Source: a virus
IMG/VR virus record: IMGVR_UViG_3300025131_000007
Location: 71,977-135,976 of that record
Length of the DNA stretch: 64,000 nt
Direction: 5' to 3' (one strand)
Translations under genes and position numbers: made by a program
Notes under the pieces: model-generated
What the model saw: only the letters and a program-made list of their open reading frames with translations
Databases searched by the model: none
Told to the model about the DNA's origin: nothing
Shown here: positions 37,403 through 46,485 of the stretch, piece by piece
Layout: each line of letters opens with the position of its first letter
Numbering within the stretch: the stretch's first letter is position 1

Positions 37403-37431
37403 TTGACAAATCCCCTTCAACGGGATACATT
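37403..37431 (+). promoter_or_regulatory. sigma70 promoter (AACGGG family)
   Basis: TTGACA-17-TACATT; leader shared with the 27999 copy. Confidence 0.8.
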
Positions 37432-37459
37432 ATATATACCAACCAAACAGGAGTAAAAA

Positions 37460-37681
37460 TTGAATAACTTAGATACCGTAATACTTTGGGAAGATGCTTG
37501 TAGAACGTTCGAAGATGAGGTGTTACCTTGTGTTCAAGAACAGTTCGAGCAAGACGGCGAACCTGATTATGTAGCCCGTTCAGAAGAATGGAACAATTGG
37601 ACCGATATGTTGTGTAAAAATGGCGACATATCTCAATGGCAGGATGACAACTGGTCGCATCCCTCTTGCTGTGATCAATAG
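37460..37681 (+). CDS. small acidic phage protein
   Basis: AGGAG RBS, TTG start; EEWNNWTDMLCKNG.I...Q..NW motif. Confidence 0.75.
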   Translation: MNNLDTVILWEDACRTFEDEVLPCVQEQFEQDGEPDYVARSEEWNNWTDMLCKNGDISQWQDDNWSHPSCCDQ

Positions 37682-37690
37682 GGGGATACA

Positions 37691-38038
37691 ATGGCTTATT
37701 TACACAAAGATGACATAGTTCTTCTGAAGTTTCGCGGCGGTCTTTCACATTCTCGCGTGGTAGACGTTCGTTTTCGGCGCTTTTTGAGAAGCTGGAGAGA
37801 CAAAAAAACAGATAAGATCAAAAAACGCTGGAAGTCGGTGCCTTATGCCATATGTGAGACTTTTGCGGGTGTTCTACCTTCTGGCACCGAGTTTATGATT
37901 CCCGGCTACAAGTTGAAGAATGAAACTAAGAATGGCGATCGGTTACTTGTTTTACATGATAAATTTGCTTGTGAATTTAATACCGACTGGGCCAATACTC
38001 TTATCGCAGAATCAAAAGAAAAGAGAGGTATCATATGA
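37691..38038 (+). CDS. basic hypothetical protein
   Basis: GGGGG RBS. Confidence 0.7.
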   Translation: MAYLHKDDIVLLKFRGGLSHSRVVDVRFRRFLRSWRDKKTDKIKKRWKSVPYAICETFAGVLPSGTEFMIPGYKLKNETKNGDRLLVLHDKFACEFNTDWANTLIAESKEKRGII

Positions 38039-38871
38039 GAGTTACATTTTTCCATCGTTTATTGGCTATACTTGACACCGAAGGCGTGTCTAAGCGTGAT
38101 CATGCAACAGCCACCGATTTGCTTAGTCAGTACACGAAAACCAAGCGTCTTTCAAGCGGTCAGAGTCGCCTTGTACGCATCCTTGAAGAGAAGAACGCAC
38201 CCGAAGCTATCGCAGAGCGTAAAAGCCGCACATCACCCATTATCGAGCGTTTAACAACCCTGTATGGTCGCATCGCTGATCAAAAGTCATGGGATTATGG
38301 GTTTTGTGAAAGTCTCTTGGAACAGGCACGAAATGACCGATCTCTTAGTCCTCGCCAATTGGAGATCCTTGAAAAAATCGAAGGTCGTTATAATGATGAA
38401 GCTATGGAAGTTTTGCGATCATGGAATCGCAACTTTACCCCTGACATGCGAGAAAGATACGAGGTGTGTTTACAGTATTATAAACGTAGTTTATATTTTA
38501 AGCGTCAATGTCAAGAGTATCAAGCCGCTTATGAGAATGGCATTAAGTTGATCCCTTCAATGAATGACTATAACAAGGTTGTAAAGAACAAGTATGCTGA
38601 AAAGGTCTTGACCGCGCATTATGCCGATCCGCTTTATCCGGTGGGATCGATGGTGACATTGAGAGGCAAGCGGTTCCCTAACAGGTATGGAGCCCAACCA
38701 AAGCCCAACTATCTGGTTATCAAGAATAACCTACCGATCCGTAACGCTTGCAAAGGTGCGAAAATATACCAATTACTTCCGGTTGGATCGGCTCAGTTAG
38801 TACATTTTGAAGAACGACAACTTAAAAAACATCGCGCTCCTAAGAAGCGTTCACCGGAGATTCGCACATGA
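38035..38871 (+). CDS. hypothetical protein, paralog of 21588-22232
   Basis: WDYGFCESLLEQ...LSPRQLEIL, NKYAEKVL, KGAKIYQLL. Confidence 0.75.
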   Translation: MRVTFFHRLLAILDTEGVSKRDHATATDLLSQYTKTKRLSSGQSRLVRILEEKNAPEAIAERKSRTSPIIERLTTLYGRIADQKSWDYGFCESLLEQARNDRSLSPRQLEILEKIEGRYNDEAMEVLRSWNRNFTPDMRERYEVCLQYYKRSLYFKRQCQEYQAAYENGIKLIPSMNDYNKVVKNKYAEKVLTAHYADPLYPVGSMVTLRGKRFPNRYGAQPKPNYLVIKNNLPIRNACKGAKIYQLLPVGSAQLVHFEERQLKKHRAPKKRSPEIRT

Positions 38872-39065
38872 GTGATGCAACTGTTGACACCGCTTTATCA
38901 AAAGCTCGGTATCTTGCTCCTAACTTAGCCTATTCGTTAGCTTTGCAAGATAGTTTGAAACAACTTCAAATCTTAAAAGACACCGGAAGAGAAGCAGAAT
39001 ATAACGTTATGATAGAGGTTATTATTACTGCGCTTTTGACCGTTCCGGCGGTGGGTGAAGCATGA
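38868..39065 (+). CDS. hypothetical protein
   Basis: ATGA coupling. Confidence 0.6.
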   Translation: MSDATVDTALSKARYLAPNLAYSLALQDSLKQLQILKDTGREAEYNVMIEVIITALLTVPAVGEA

Positions 39066-39138
39066 TCGCAGTGTATACTCTAATGATAATATCCGCATTA
39101 TCTTGCATGGTGGCACTTTACGCATGGAACAAACAACG

Positions 39139-39345
39139 ATGAAAGTAGGAACACTAATCAAAACAATCCGCGCTCGAATAAACCTCCCAAAAGGTTCAAT
39201 CGGGTTGGTTACATCATCGCACGTGCGAGATTACGGATCAGGCGTGGTCTTTTGGCATGAGGTTAAATTCATCGGTGGTCGTCGGAACGATACGACACTA
39301 CGCATATTTGAGCGAGATTTTGAGGTACTCCATGAAAGCAGGTGA
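39139..39345 (+). CDS. MKVGDLV-family protein
   Basis: MKVGTLIK...GLVT...FEVLHESR (start may lie upstream). Confidence 0.78.
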   Translation: MKVGTLIKTIRARINLPKGSIGLVTSSHVRDYGSGVVFWHEVKFIGGRRNDTTLRIFERDFEVLHESR

Positions 39346-39535
39346 CTTAGTAAAGTTTGGGTATGTATACAGTGGGTGTGATTTGAACCACAAAACCGCG
39401 ATTTACCTCGGTAAAAATTTTCTCACCCGTGACGATGGCATGGTTATCCAAAACCACAAAGTTATGGTGACCGGACGATCTTCTTCCACTATCATTGATA
39501 GGGGATTGTTAAGATTTTTGAAGGTGATCAAATGA
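39332..39535 (+). CDS. MKVGDLV-family protein
   Basis: MKAGDLVKF...LKVIK. Confidence 0.82.
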   Translation: MKAGDLVKFGYVYSGCDLNHKTAIYLGKNFLTRDDGMVIQNHKVMVTGRSSSTIIDRGLLRFLKVIK

Positions 39536-39726
39536 AAGCCGGTATGCTCGTTAAAATCACCCGTTCATCTATTGGTGTTCCTATGGGTTCGGTTGGGTTT
39601 ATCACCCGCGCCATTCAGCCAGGGAATAAATATGCAGATGTGCTATGTGACATTCGATTGATCGGTGGAAAGTGTAACGGTCGAAACGTCCGGTTTTTGG
39701 GGCGAGACTTGGAGATAATAAAATGA
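39532..39726 (+). CDS. MKVGDLV-family protein
   Basis: MKAGMLVKI...RDLEIIK. Confidence 0.82.
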   Translation: MKAGMLVKITRSSIGVPMGSVGFITRAIQPGNKYADVLCDIRLIGGKCNGRNVRFLGRDLEIIK

Positions 39727-39938
39727 AACAAGGTGATTTGGTTAGAACACCGTTCTCTCAGAATGAAAGATATGTTCAAACTATGGGGTTAGTTATAGAT
39801 CCCGATTTTATTGTTGAAGCTATGCCCACCGTTCGACTATGCCAGATACGAATTATCGGTGGACCGTCAAACGGTAAAACCATCGCCATCTTACGCCATG
39901 ACTTAGAAGTGATAAAATGCAACCCTTCCCGAAAATAG
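39723..39938 (+). CDS. MKVGDLV-family protein
   Basis: MKQGDLVRT...DLEVIK. Confidence 0.82.
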   Translation: MKQGDLVRTPFSQNERYVQTMGLVIDPDFIVEAMPTVRLCQIRIIGGPSNGKTIAILRHDLEVIKCNPSRK

Positions 39939-40081
39939 GCGATCTTGTGAGATTGAAAAGTCTTTTCCCTAACCGTCAGGTTGGCATTGTTACGGCCTGT
40001 TACGGTCATCATGTTACGGTTTTGATCGGATCTTGGAAAGGATCGGTTAGATTGCAAAGTATAGCAGAGGTTATCAAATGA
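39917..40081 (+). CDS. MKVGDLV-family protein (54 aa, not in ORF track)
   Basis: MQPFPKIGDLVRLK...CYG...IGSWKGSV...EVIK. Confidence 0.8.
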   Translation: MQPFPKIGDLVRLKSLFPNRQVGIVTACYGHHVTVLIGSWKGSVRLQSIAEVIK

Positions 40082-40260
40082 ATCAATCACAATTCAAAAT
40101 AGGCGATCTTGTGAGATTGAAAGATCGGTGGGATACTAAGTGGAATAATAGCATCGGGCTGGTTACGAAAACAATCGGCTGTTACGGTGGTTTCGTTGAG
40201 GTTATGATCGGAACATGGAAAGGATCGGTAAACTTGCGTAACTTAGAGGTTATCAAATGA
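40078..40260 (+). CDS. MKVGDLV-family protein, close paralog of 39917
   Basis: FKIGDLVRLK...CYG...IGTWKGSV...LEVIK. Confidence 0.82.
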   Translation: MNQSQFKIGDLVRLKDRWDTKWNNSIGLVTKTIGCYGGFVEVMIGTWKGSVNLRNLEVIK

Positions 40261-40451
40261 AAATAGGTAACTTAGTAAGAGAACATTCAACAAGTTGCCC
40301 CCAGCGTTATCATGCGGTTGGTGTAGTGATGAAAAAACATGGTGGTCATCCATGGAGTACCGAAGTCATCCAAGTATATTGGAACGACACCAACAAGTTA
40401 GAATGGGTAGAGGTAAGAGAGTTAGAAGTGATCGAAGAAAAGGCGTTATAG
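40257..40451 (+). CDS. MKVGDLV-family protein
   Basis: MKIGNLVRE...LEVIEE. Confidence 0.82.
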   Translation: MKIGNLVREHSTSCPQRYHAVGVVMKKHGGHPWSTEVIQVYWNDTNKLEWVEVRELEVIEEKAL

Positions 40452-40603
40452 TTCTAAAAGTTAAACAATGGAACTACCTGCCCGTTCCGAACACCGTTAG
40501 GAAGTTATGAAAGTGTACATGGATCCCGTTTTCATTCCGAGAACACATAAAAGAATACAACCCATTGACACAACAAACACCCAAGACAATAAGGACAAGA
40601 CAA

Positions 40604-40780
40604 ATGAACAGAATAGACAACGCCAACAGCGTAAACGCATGGATGGCAGATATGTATAGCCTTCTTCAACAAAACACATGGCAAGGAAGAACAGCCCGCG
40701 TATTATTGAGCGCTGATATTCTCATGTGGAGCTTGTTAGTATATTTTATTGTTGATTATCATTTGTTCTTTGCTCCTTGA
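40604..40780 (+). CDS. small membrane protein
   Basis: AAGGA RBS; C-terminal TM. Confidence 0.6.
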   Translation: MNRIDNANSVNAWMADMYSLLQQNTWQGRTARVLLSADILMWSLLVYFIVDYHLFFAP

Positions 40781-40795
40781 GCAGATAATTATGAT

Positions 40796-41014
40796 GTGTC
40801 CAATAAGTTTCAAATCGGTGCCTTGTGTATTCCAACGCCTTTTTTTATTGATTATTGGGTTGGTTATTGGATAATTGTAGCAATGGAAACCGACGAAGAT
40901 ATGAATATATCTTATGTGACGTTGTATAACCTTGTAAATGCTCGACAAGTGACTATTCCGATGCACGATATTGCAACTTATTTTGTGGTGGTTAGTGAAC
41001 GATGGTTAAAATAG
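40796..41014 (+). CDS. MKVGDLV-related protein
   Basis: FQIGALC...YWIIV...FVVVSE. Confidence 0.7.
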   Translation: MSNKFQIGALCIPTPFFIDYWVGYWIIVAMETDEDMNISYVTLYNLVNARQVTIPMHDIATYFVVVSERWLK

Positions 41015-41190
41015 GATCGTTATGGATTCGTGAGCATGATAACCGTTGTTACTGGATTGTTTCGAGACTAACAAAAATAAATACTAACAGAATAAACGTA
41101 ACTTTATTAAGTATGAGCAAAGACTTACAGATTACGTTCCCGGTTGATTACTTGTGTAAATCTTTTCGGTGTATAGGTAAATGTCAGTAG
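41002..41190 (+). CDS. MKVGDLV-related protein
   Basis: VKIGSLW...YWIV...FRCIG. Confidence 0.7.
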   Translation: MVKIGSLWIREHDNRCYWIVSRLTKINTNRINVTLLSMSKDLQITFPVDYLCKSFRCIGKCQ

Positions 41191-41366
41191 AACCTATTCG
41201 TGTTGGGTCATTGTGGATTAGTTTACATGCTTCTTATTCAGAGTGGTGGATTGTTGTGGATGTAGTTAGATCAAGGTCGGTTGTGTTCAGAAGGTTGAAC
41301 CCTTATATGCAAATGGTTTGCCCTCTTGATCAAGTCGATAGGTTATTTCGGTGTATTAGTGAGTGA
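41181..41366 (+). CDS. MKVGDLV-related protein
   Basis: IRVGSLW...WWIVV...FRCISE. Confidence 0.7.
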   Translation: MSVEPIRVGSLWISLHASYSEWWIVVDVVRSRSVVFRRLNPYMQMVCPLDQVDRLFRCISE

Positions 41367-41458
41367 GTATAATATGGTGGGGATAGCGCCGATGGTTCTA
41401 AGAGTTGTGCGTATTTGTGATGTTTTATTTATTGTTTGCGTTAGTTGCGGTTTTGTGT

Positions 41459-41581
41459 GTTCGGCTTTACCCCACCACGCATACACACGCAAGACACCCC
41501 AACAGGCTCGCAGCACCTCGTTTAAACATCGTTCGGGGCTATGTGTTCGGTGGTTTCAAACAGTGTTCGGCATGCGTTCGG
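41459..41581. repeat. cluster of GTTCGG hexamers
   Basis: GTTCGG at 41459, 41531, 41545, 41565 and 41576 (further copies at 41930 and 44607). Confidence 0.6.
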
Positions 41582-42011
41582 CAACCACAACCACCACAAC
41601 TTACGCAATCACGTGATTACTCTTGACACACTTTTTACTTCCCCTAAGAGAAACTTAAATACTTTTGCTCGCAGGCATGCGGTTGCATGTGACCGGAAAA
41701 CTCTTGACAACCGGTGAAACAAACCAATAAACAGGATTGTTTTGGTCGAGAGTAATAAAAATAAATACTACTTACTTTAACTGAGGCTAACAATGAGAAA
41801 GAAACTAAAGAAATTACTTAAACTCTCATCAGGTTTGTTAAGCGCGCCGGTCATGGTTGCGTGTATGTATATCGGAGCTTACGCATATGCTCGAGCAGCA
41901 TGCAGAGAGCAGTGCTACAAGTAAACACCGTTCGGTGCGGTTTTTGTTCGAGACTAACAAATAAAATAACTTAAAAACAATTAACTTTAATCATTAACGT
42001 AAGCGCAACTA

Positions 42012-42033
42012 CCCCCCTCCCCCCCTCCTACCC
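42012..42033 (-). repeat. C-tract (G-tract on minus strand), potential G-quadruplex
   Basis: CCCCCCTCCCCCCCTCCTACCC in an AT-rich genome. Confidence 0.5.
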
Positions 42034-42260
42034 GGAATGTATGTCCCACGCAAATGCGCGGTTGCGCGAGGCTGGCTATACCCTTTCACAATACCGCTGA
42101 AAAATTCTGGGTTTTTTAGTATCACCGCACCTACTTATAGTCATGGATGATTTTGCTAATAGCATGGGTAATTTGTTTACTCTCATGGGCTATAGTACCA
42201 TCGCAGCTTTGTGCATTGCCGGCATATTCATTTACATTGTTCATCATACGGGAGAATAAA

Positions 42261-43202
42261 ATGAAACTTACAACAAAACAAATCAGACAGATTATTAGAG
42301 AAGAGATTAAAGATACTTTGAGTGAAGCTAGTCCTCAGTCTGAATTTGGTCTTCCGCACAAATTCACTAGTGAAGAGTTAATTGCTGTTTTTGAAAAACA
42401 ACTAAATACACCCGGCCATAAGATACGCTCCGATAAAGAATATATTGAAAAAGCAGCCGATCAAATAACCAATAAAATGCGAAAAGAACCCAATAAAGAG
42501 ACGAGACTTAAGCTCAGAGCTTTAAGAGAGAAAATAGAGGAATATACCAAAAGAGGTCGAGATAGAGAAGCGGCTGCAAAGGGAAGAATACGCGGCAGCG
42601 AACAGCATGCCCGGGCAGTAGCCGCTCAAAAATATAAGGATCAAGACCCAACGCAGCGGATTCAGAGGGGGTATTGGGGGGAAAACAAAATGAAACTTAC
42701 CAAAACACAACTTAAGCAACTTATTAGAGAAGCGCTTACACATGATATGTTGATGGATTACTTTGATGAGTATGGCGTTACAGACGATACCTCCGAAGAG
42801 GCGTATGCTGTTTGGAAGTTCGCAGCAGAAAAACATAAAGATCGAAAACCGGAACCGGAAGCAGACTATGATAGCATTAAAGCAGCGGAGAAACAAGGGT
42901 ATGCTGATTACGCCGAACATCAAGATACCATGGAACATGGTTACGAAGAAGGCAGCGCCGAAGAAGAAGCATATTATGATGCCTGGCACGATGCGCAGAT
43001 ATCGGCTGAACGCGAGTTGGACTACGAGGACGAGGACAGTGACGAGGACATGTACGACTACGATGAAGAAAAGCGCTTATCTACTGCAAGCCCGGAAGAA
43101 TTGATAGCTCAATATAACCAATATAACGAAGATCTTAAAGAAATTGTCCGCGAAGAGATCTTAAAAGTATTGCACCCAATGGGTCAGACTCGAGTTGGAT
43201 GA
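42261..43202 (+). CDS. acidic protein with duplicated MKLT..QLRQIIREE leader (putative virion internal protein)
   Basis: GGAG RBS; second in-frame leader at 42690; ends QTRVG. Confidence 0.75.
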   Translation: MKLTTKQIRQIIREEIKDTLSEASPQSEFGLPHKFTSEELIAVFEKQLNTPGHKIRSDKEYIEKAADQITNKMRKEPNKETRLKLRALREKIEEYTKRGRDREAAAKGRIRGSEQHARAVAAQKYKDQDPTQRIQRGYWGENKMKLTKTQLKQLIREALTHDMLMDYFDEYGVTDDTSEEAYAVWKFAAEKHKDRKPEPEADYDSIKAAEKQGYADYAEHQDTMEHGYEEGSAEEEAYYDAWHDAQISAERELDYEDEDSDEDMYDYDEEKRLSTASPEELIAQYNQYNEDLKEIVREEILKVLHPMGQTRVG

Positions 43203-43204
43203 TT

Positions 43205-43501
43205 ATGAAAAAGCTATTCGAAAATTGGAACAAGTTCTTAACAGAAGAGCTTAACGAATTCACGCTGAGCCTTAATCCCGCGACAGGAAAATATGAATTA
43301 GAGTGCGCAGAAAAGCCCTTAGAAGAACGGCCAGAAGATTGGTGAAGCCCGGGCAAGCATGGGCTGGATGCCTATAAATCAAAGATGAAGAGAGAAGATT
43401 ACATAAACCAAATAGCTGATTATCCCGAAGGAGCCCGAAAGTGGGCGCTCAGAGGTTTCGATCAAGCAAAAATATTAGACAACCAAGGAGTATTACTATG
43501 A
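43205..43501 (+). pseudogene. MKKLFENW-leader gene interrupted by in-frame TGA (readthrough or nonsense)
   Basis: TGA at 43343-43345; frame stays open 51 more sense codons to a TGA overlapping the next ATG. Confidence 0.55.
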
Positions 43502-44247
43502 AAAAACTATTCGAGAATTGGAACAAGTTTATAAACGAAAACGAGCAAACAAAGCCATCATGGCTAGTCGAACTCGAAAGATATGTCGAAAAAGCAAAAG
43601 AATTCTTAGAATTAGGAAAGCCGATTGATTTGCTTAATTGGGGTGCTTTAGCGATAGAAATAGAGGAGGACGACCAATGGCTAGCGCATAAAGTAAAAGC
43701 ACTATCCGGTCAAGATACAGTCGTATCTTCACCAGAAGCACCAGAAGCACTAGAAAAGGCACTATTGCACGTACAACAGGGGCTTGAAAAATGGAATGAG
43801 AATTCCCCAACAGAAGAAGAGCTAAATGAGATTTCCGGAAAACAGAAAGCGCACATTGCCAGACAGAAAAAGCAACAAGAAGAAAGGGCGAAAAAAGATG
43901 CGGAGGCTCAGGAACTTATACGATTGATAGGGAAGCTGGGATGGGATGTTAATGTTAGGAAGTTAGAAGGCCGATATCAAATTACCGTGAATAAAGCTTT
44001 CGATTCTTCATATGATGAAGAGGAACCGTCTGACGAGGAAGAACTAGCGCAAACGTTCAAGAATAGCTTTGTTGACGCTTATACCCCCTTCATCCCTACG
44101 CTAGAGATTGACGTACAACCAGATCCGAACAGTGAGTGGGGTCATGATTTTATTTTTGATATTACCATCGACGGCGATACGGAACAAATTAAAACAGACG
44201 ACCTCGAAGACATAAAGACCTACCTCAGACAGAAGTCAAGGAAATAG
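43498..44247 (+). CDS. acidic protein with MKKLFENWNKFINE leader
   Basis: AAGGAG RBS. Confidence 0.8.
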   Translation: MKKLFENWNKFINENEQTKPSWLVELERYVEKAKEFLELGKPIDLLNWGALAIEIEEDDQWLAHKVKALSGQDTVVSSPEAPEALEKALLHVQQGLEKWNENSPTEEELNEISGKQKAHIARQKKQQEERAKKDAEAQELIRLIGKLGWDVNVRKLEGRYQITVNKAFDSSYDEEEPSDEEELAQTFKNSFVDAYTPFIPTLEIDVQPDPNSEWGHDFIFDITIDGDTEQIKTDDLEDIKTYLRQKSRK

Positions 44248-44717
44248 GATGAATGCACGATATCGTCAGTAACACCGCCGATTTAGCCATACTAGTGTTT
44301 TTTGGGTCAATGGTGTGCGCATGTCTGCTTAATGCTGCATACTACATTATGACGGGAATAGGAAACAGGTAGTGAGAAATTTCGAGATTACTAACCGGTA
44401 TTTTGTTTTAGGCATGATTGTTGGCGGCTTTGTATTGTTTTTAATGGAACTGGGAATGTGCTAATGAAGCTTAAAAGGGTTTATATACTTTACAGCACCC
44501 CGTGAATTCAATCACGATTGCAATGCAAAGAAACAAAGCTATCAGAAGGTAGTTCTATGTGCCCTGTTGTTTGCTGTTAAAAGAATCTGAATGAATCGGT
44601 TGTGTTGTTCGGTGTGTTCTGCGTGGTTTTAATATAAAAAAATTTTACCGGTTAAAAAAATACGGCAAAAAATTTCGAAACTATTTACTGGTAACATAAC
44701 ATTTTAGGAGATATATT

Positions 44718-45566
44718 ATGCGCATTTCAAAACACCAACTTAGGGAACTTATTAAAGAAGAAGTTGAGAGAACCTTTGAAGGCTATGAATGGGGGGAAGA
44801 GGAAGACGATCGTCCATATGCAACACGACGCGATAAAATGTCTGGTGCAGAAAGACATGGCCATGATACTAGAGACACATTACGCAAAAAGCAAACCGCA
44901 GCGGATGCCAAAGATGCGCAACTAACCCGGCAATTTCAAAAATACGCCCCCACCGATGCCGAACGCGAAACTGAGAAAAAAGCAAGAAAGATGAGAGACC
45001 AGGGAGAAAAAAACCAAGCGGCCGCCCAGCGTCGACAAGAAAAAAACGTTGAGGAATTTCGAGATGCTTTAGCTAAATATTACCCGGATGAAGCTGCCCA
45101 AGATGAAAAAAATCTTGGACGTTGGGCAACAGTTATTGCAAAGGATTTGCGGCTTGATTCCGGCGGAGCTAAGTCTCATGGGTATAAAACTTTCCAATAC
45201 CCAATCCGAAACCACCAAATGAAAAAATGGGCTAAAATGAAAGGTCTTCCGGAAGTTGAACCCGAAGAACGCGGCATTGGCCAAAAGCTTGGTTCGTTCT
45301 TCAAAGGCAAAGGTTTTAAAGAAAGCTTAGAACAGATTATCAAAGAAGAAACTGGGCGCGCTTTGTCTGAAAACGTAGCGCCCGAGCTACAACCATTTTT
45401 ACAAGATGAAGTAATACTTCAAATGTGGTCAGCCTTGGCGCGCGTAAGCAGAAGCGGAGGTGGGCGCGAAAAGAAAATAGAAGACTTTATCCGCTTTATA
45501 GAACTTATGAAAAAGCATCATCCAGAACGAATAATGCATGCAACTAGTCAGACTCGGGTTGGATAA
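44718..45566 (+). CDS. protein with MRISKHQLRELIKEE leader
   Basis: AGGAG RBS; CTATTTAC upstream; ends QTRVG. Confidence 0.8.
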   Translation: MRISKHQLRELIKEEVERTFEGYEWGEEEDDRPYATRRDKMSGAERHGHDTRDTLRKKQTAADAKDAQLTRQFQKYAPTDAERETEKKARKMRDQGEKNQAAAQRRQEKNVEEFRDALAKYYPDEAAQDEKNLGRWATVIAKDLRLDSGGAKSHGYKTFQYPIRNHQMKKWAKMKGLPEVEPEERGIGQKLGSFFKGKGFKESLEQIIKEETGRALSENVAPELQPFLQDEVILQMWSALARVSRSGGGREKKIEDFIRFIELMKKHHPERIMHATSQTRVG

Positions 45567-45568
45567 TT

Positions 45569-46105
45569 ATGATAATCAAGCCAACTGAACTCCGACAAAT
45601 CATTCAAGAAGTTATTAACGAAGAAATGATGACCGAAGGCCGCATGAAAGAACTCTTTGGAGAGTTTGAAAATGACGTTATGGAGCTTGAAGAAGACGGC
45701 CAAGTACATATCGATGATATTATAACAATGTTCAAAAGCAGATATGAACCCATGGGATTAGGCCCTGAAGATATGAACGGAATGATAGACATCATGGTTG
45801 AGGCCGGCCTTTTAACGAACGACGGATCTTCTGGTTTTTATACTACTTCCGACGATGACGAAGAATACAATGACTCAAATTGGACCCCAGATCCGGGCCA
45901 ACCGGGTGGCGGCGAAGATGTCTGGCTTCCTCCTTATGAGGGCGACGAAGAAGATGAGTATGACTACGAAGAAGAAGACTTCTTATCTACTGCTAGCCCG
46001 GAAGACTTGATTGCTCGATATAAGAAAAATAAAAATATCGAAGAAATCATCAAAGAAGAAACAGCCGCTTATTTGAAAGAAGCCGAGGGTGATTGGGGCC
46101 AATAA
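45569..46105 (+). CDS. acidic protein with ELRQIIQE leader
   Basis: Shares the LSTASPE.LIA.Y module with 42261. Confidence 0.8.
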   Translation: MIIKPTELRQIIQEVINEEMMTEGRMKELFGEFENDVMELEEDGQVHIDDIITMFKSRYEPMGLGPEDMNGMIDIMVEAGLLTNDGSSGFYTTSDDDEEYNDSNWTPDPGQPGGGEDVWLPPYEGDEEDEYDYEEEDFLSTASPEDLIARYKKNKNIEEIIKEETAAYLKEAEGDWGQ

Positions 46106-46213
46106 ACCTTTCGTAGTAAAAATAAGTTGACGGCTGCGGATAAACGTGTTATATTAATGCATCAACTAAAATATAAACTATTTATTTGTGGCATTAGATT
46201 TTAGGAACATATT

Positions 46214-46483
46214 ATGATACTGAATAAAACGCAAATTATAGCTCTTATTAACGAAGAACTCACCAAAACCGATAAATCGGAGATTAAATCTATGATTAAT
46301 AAAGCTATCAAAGACCAAATCAAAAAAGATCTCCCAAACGCGTTAAAAGACGAACTTGAAAAAGCAATTAAATCAAAAGAACTTAAGGCAGATATCGGAG
46401 ATATTACAAAAAAAGTAATTAAAAAACTCTATAAAGATTTGTCTTTCCATCATCCCTATATTATTGATAGAATCAAGGTTTAG
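46214..46483 (+). CDS. small helical protein with QIIALINEE leader
   Basis: AGGA RBS; CTATTTAT upstream. Confidence 0.75.
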   Translation: MILNKTQIIALINEELTKTDKSEIKSMINKAIKDQIKKDLPNALKDELEKAIKSKELKADIGDITKKVIKKLYKDLSFHHPYIIDRIKV

Positions 46484-46485
46484 TT

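Larger units (their letters stand above)
39139..41366 (+). repeat. Array 2 of ~10 MKVGDLV-family mini-genes
   Basis: Same N/C-terminal signatures with GAGGT..ATCAAATGA-type coupling. Confidence 0.8.

Noticed and set aside
26275-41366. Integron cassette array or diversity-generating retroelement
   Set aside because: No attC-like palindromes or intergenic space, no integrase or reverse transcriptase in the window, and no TR/VR pair differing only at adenines.
41326-41626. Two overlapping ORFs (96 and 73 aa)
   Set aside because: Low-complexity translations of skewed repeat DNA with no convincing RBS; treated as probably non-coding.
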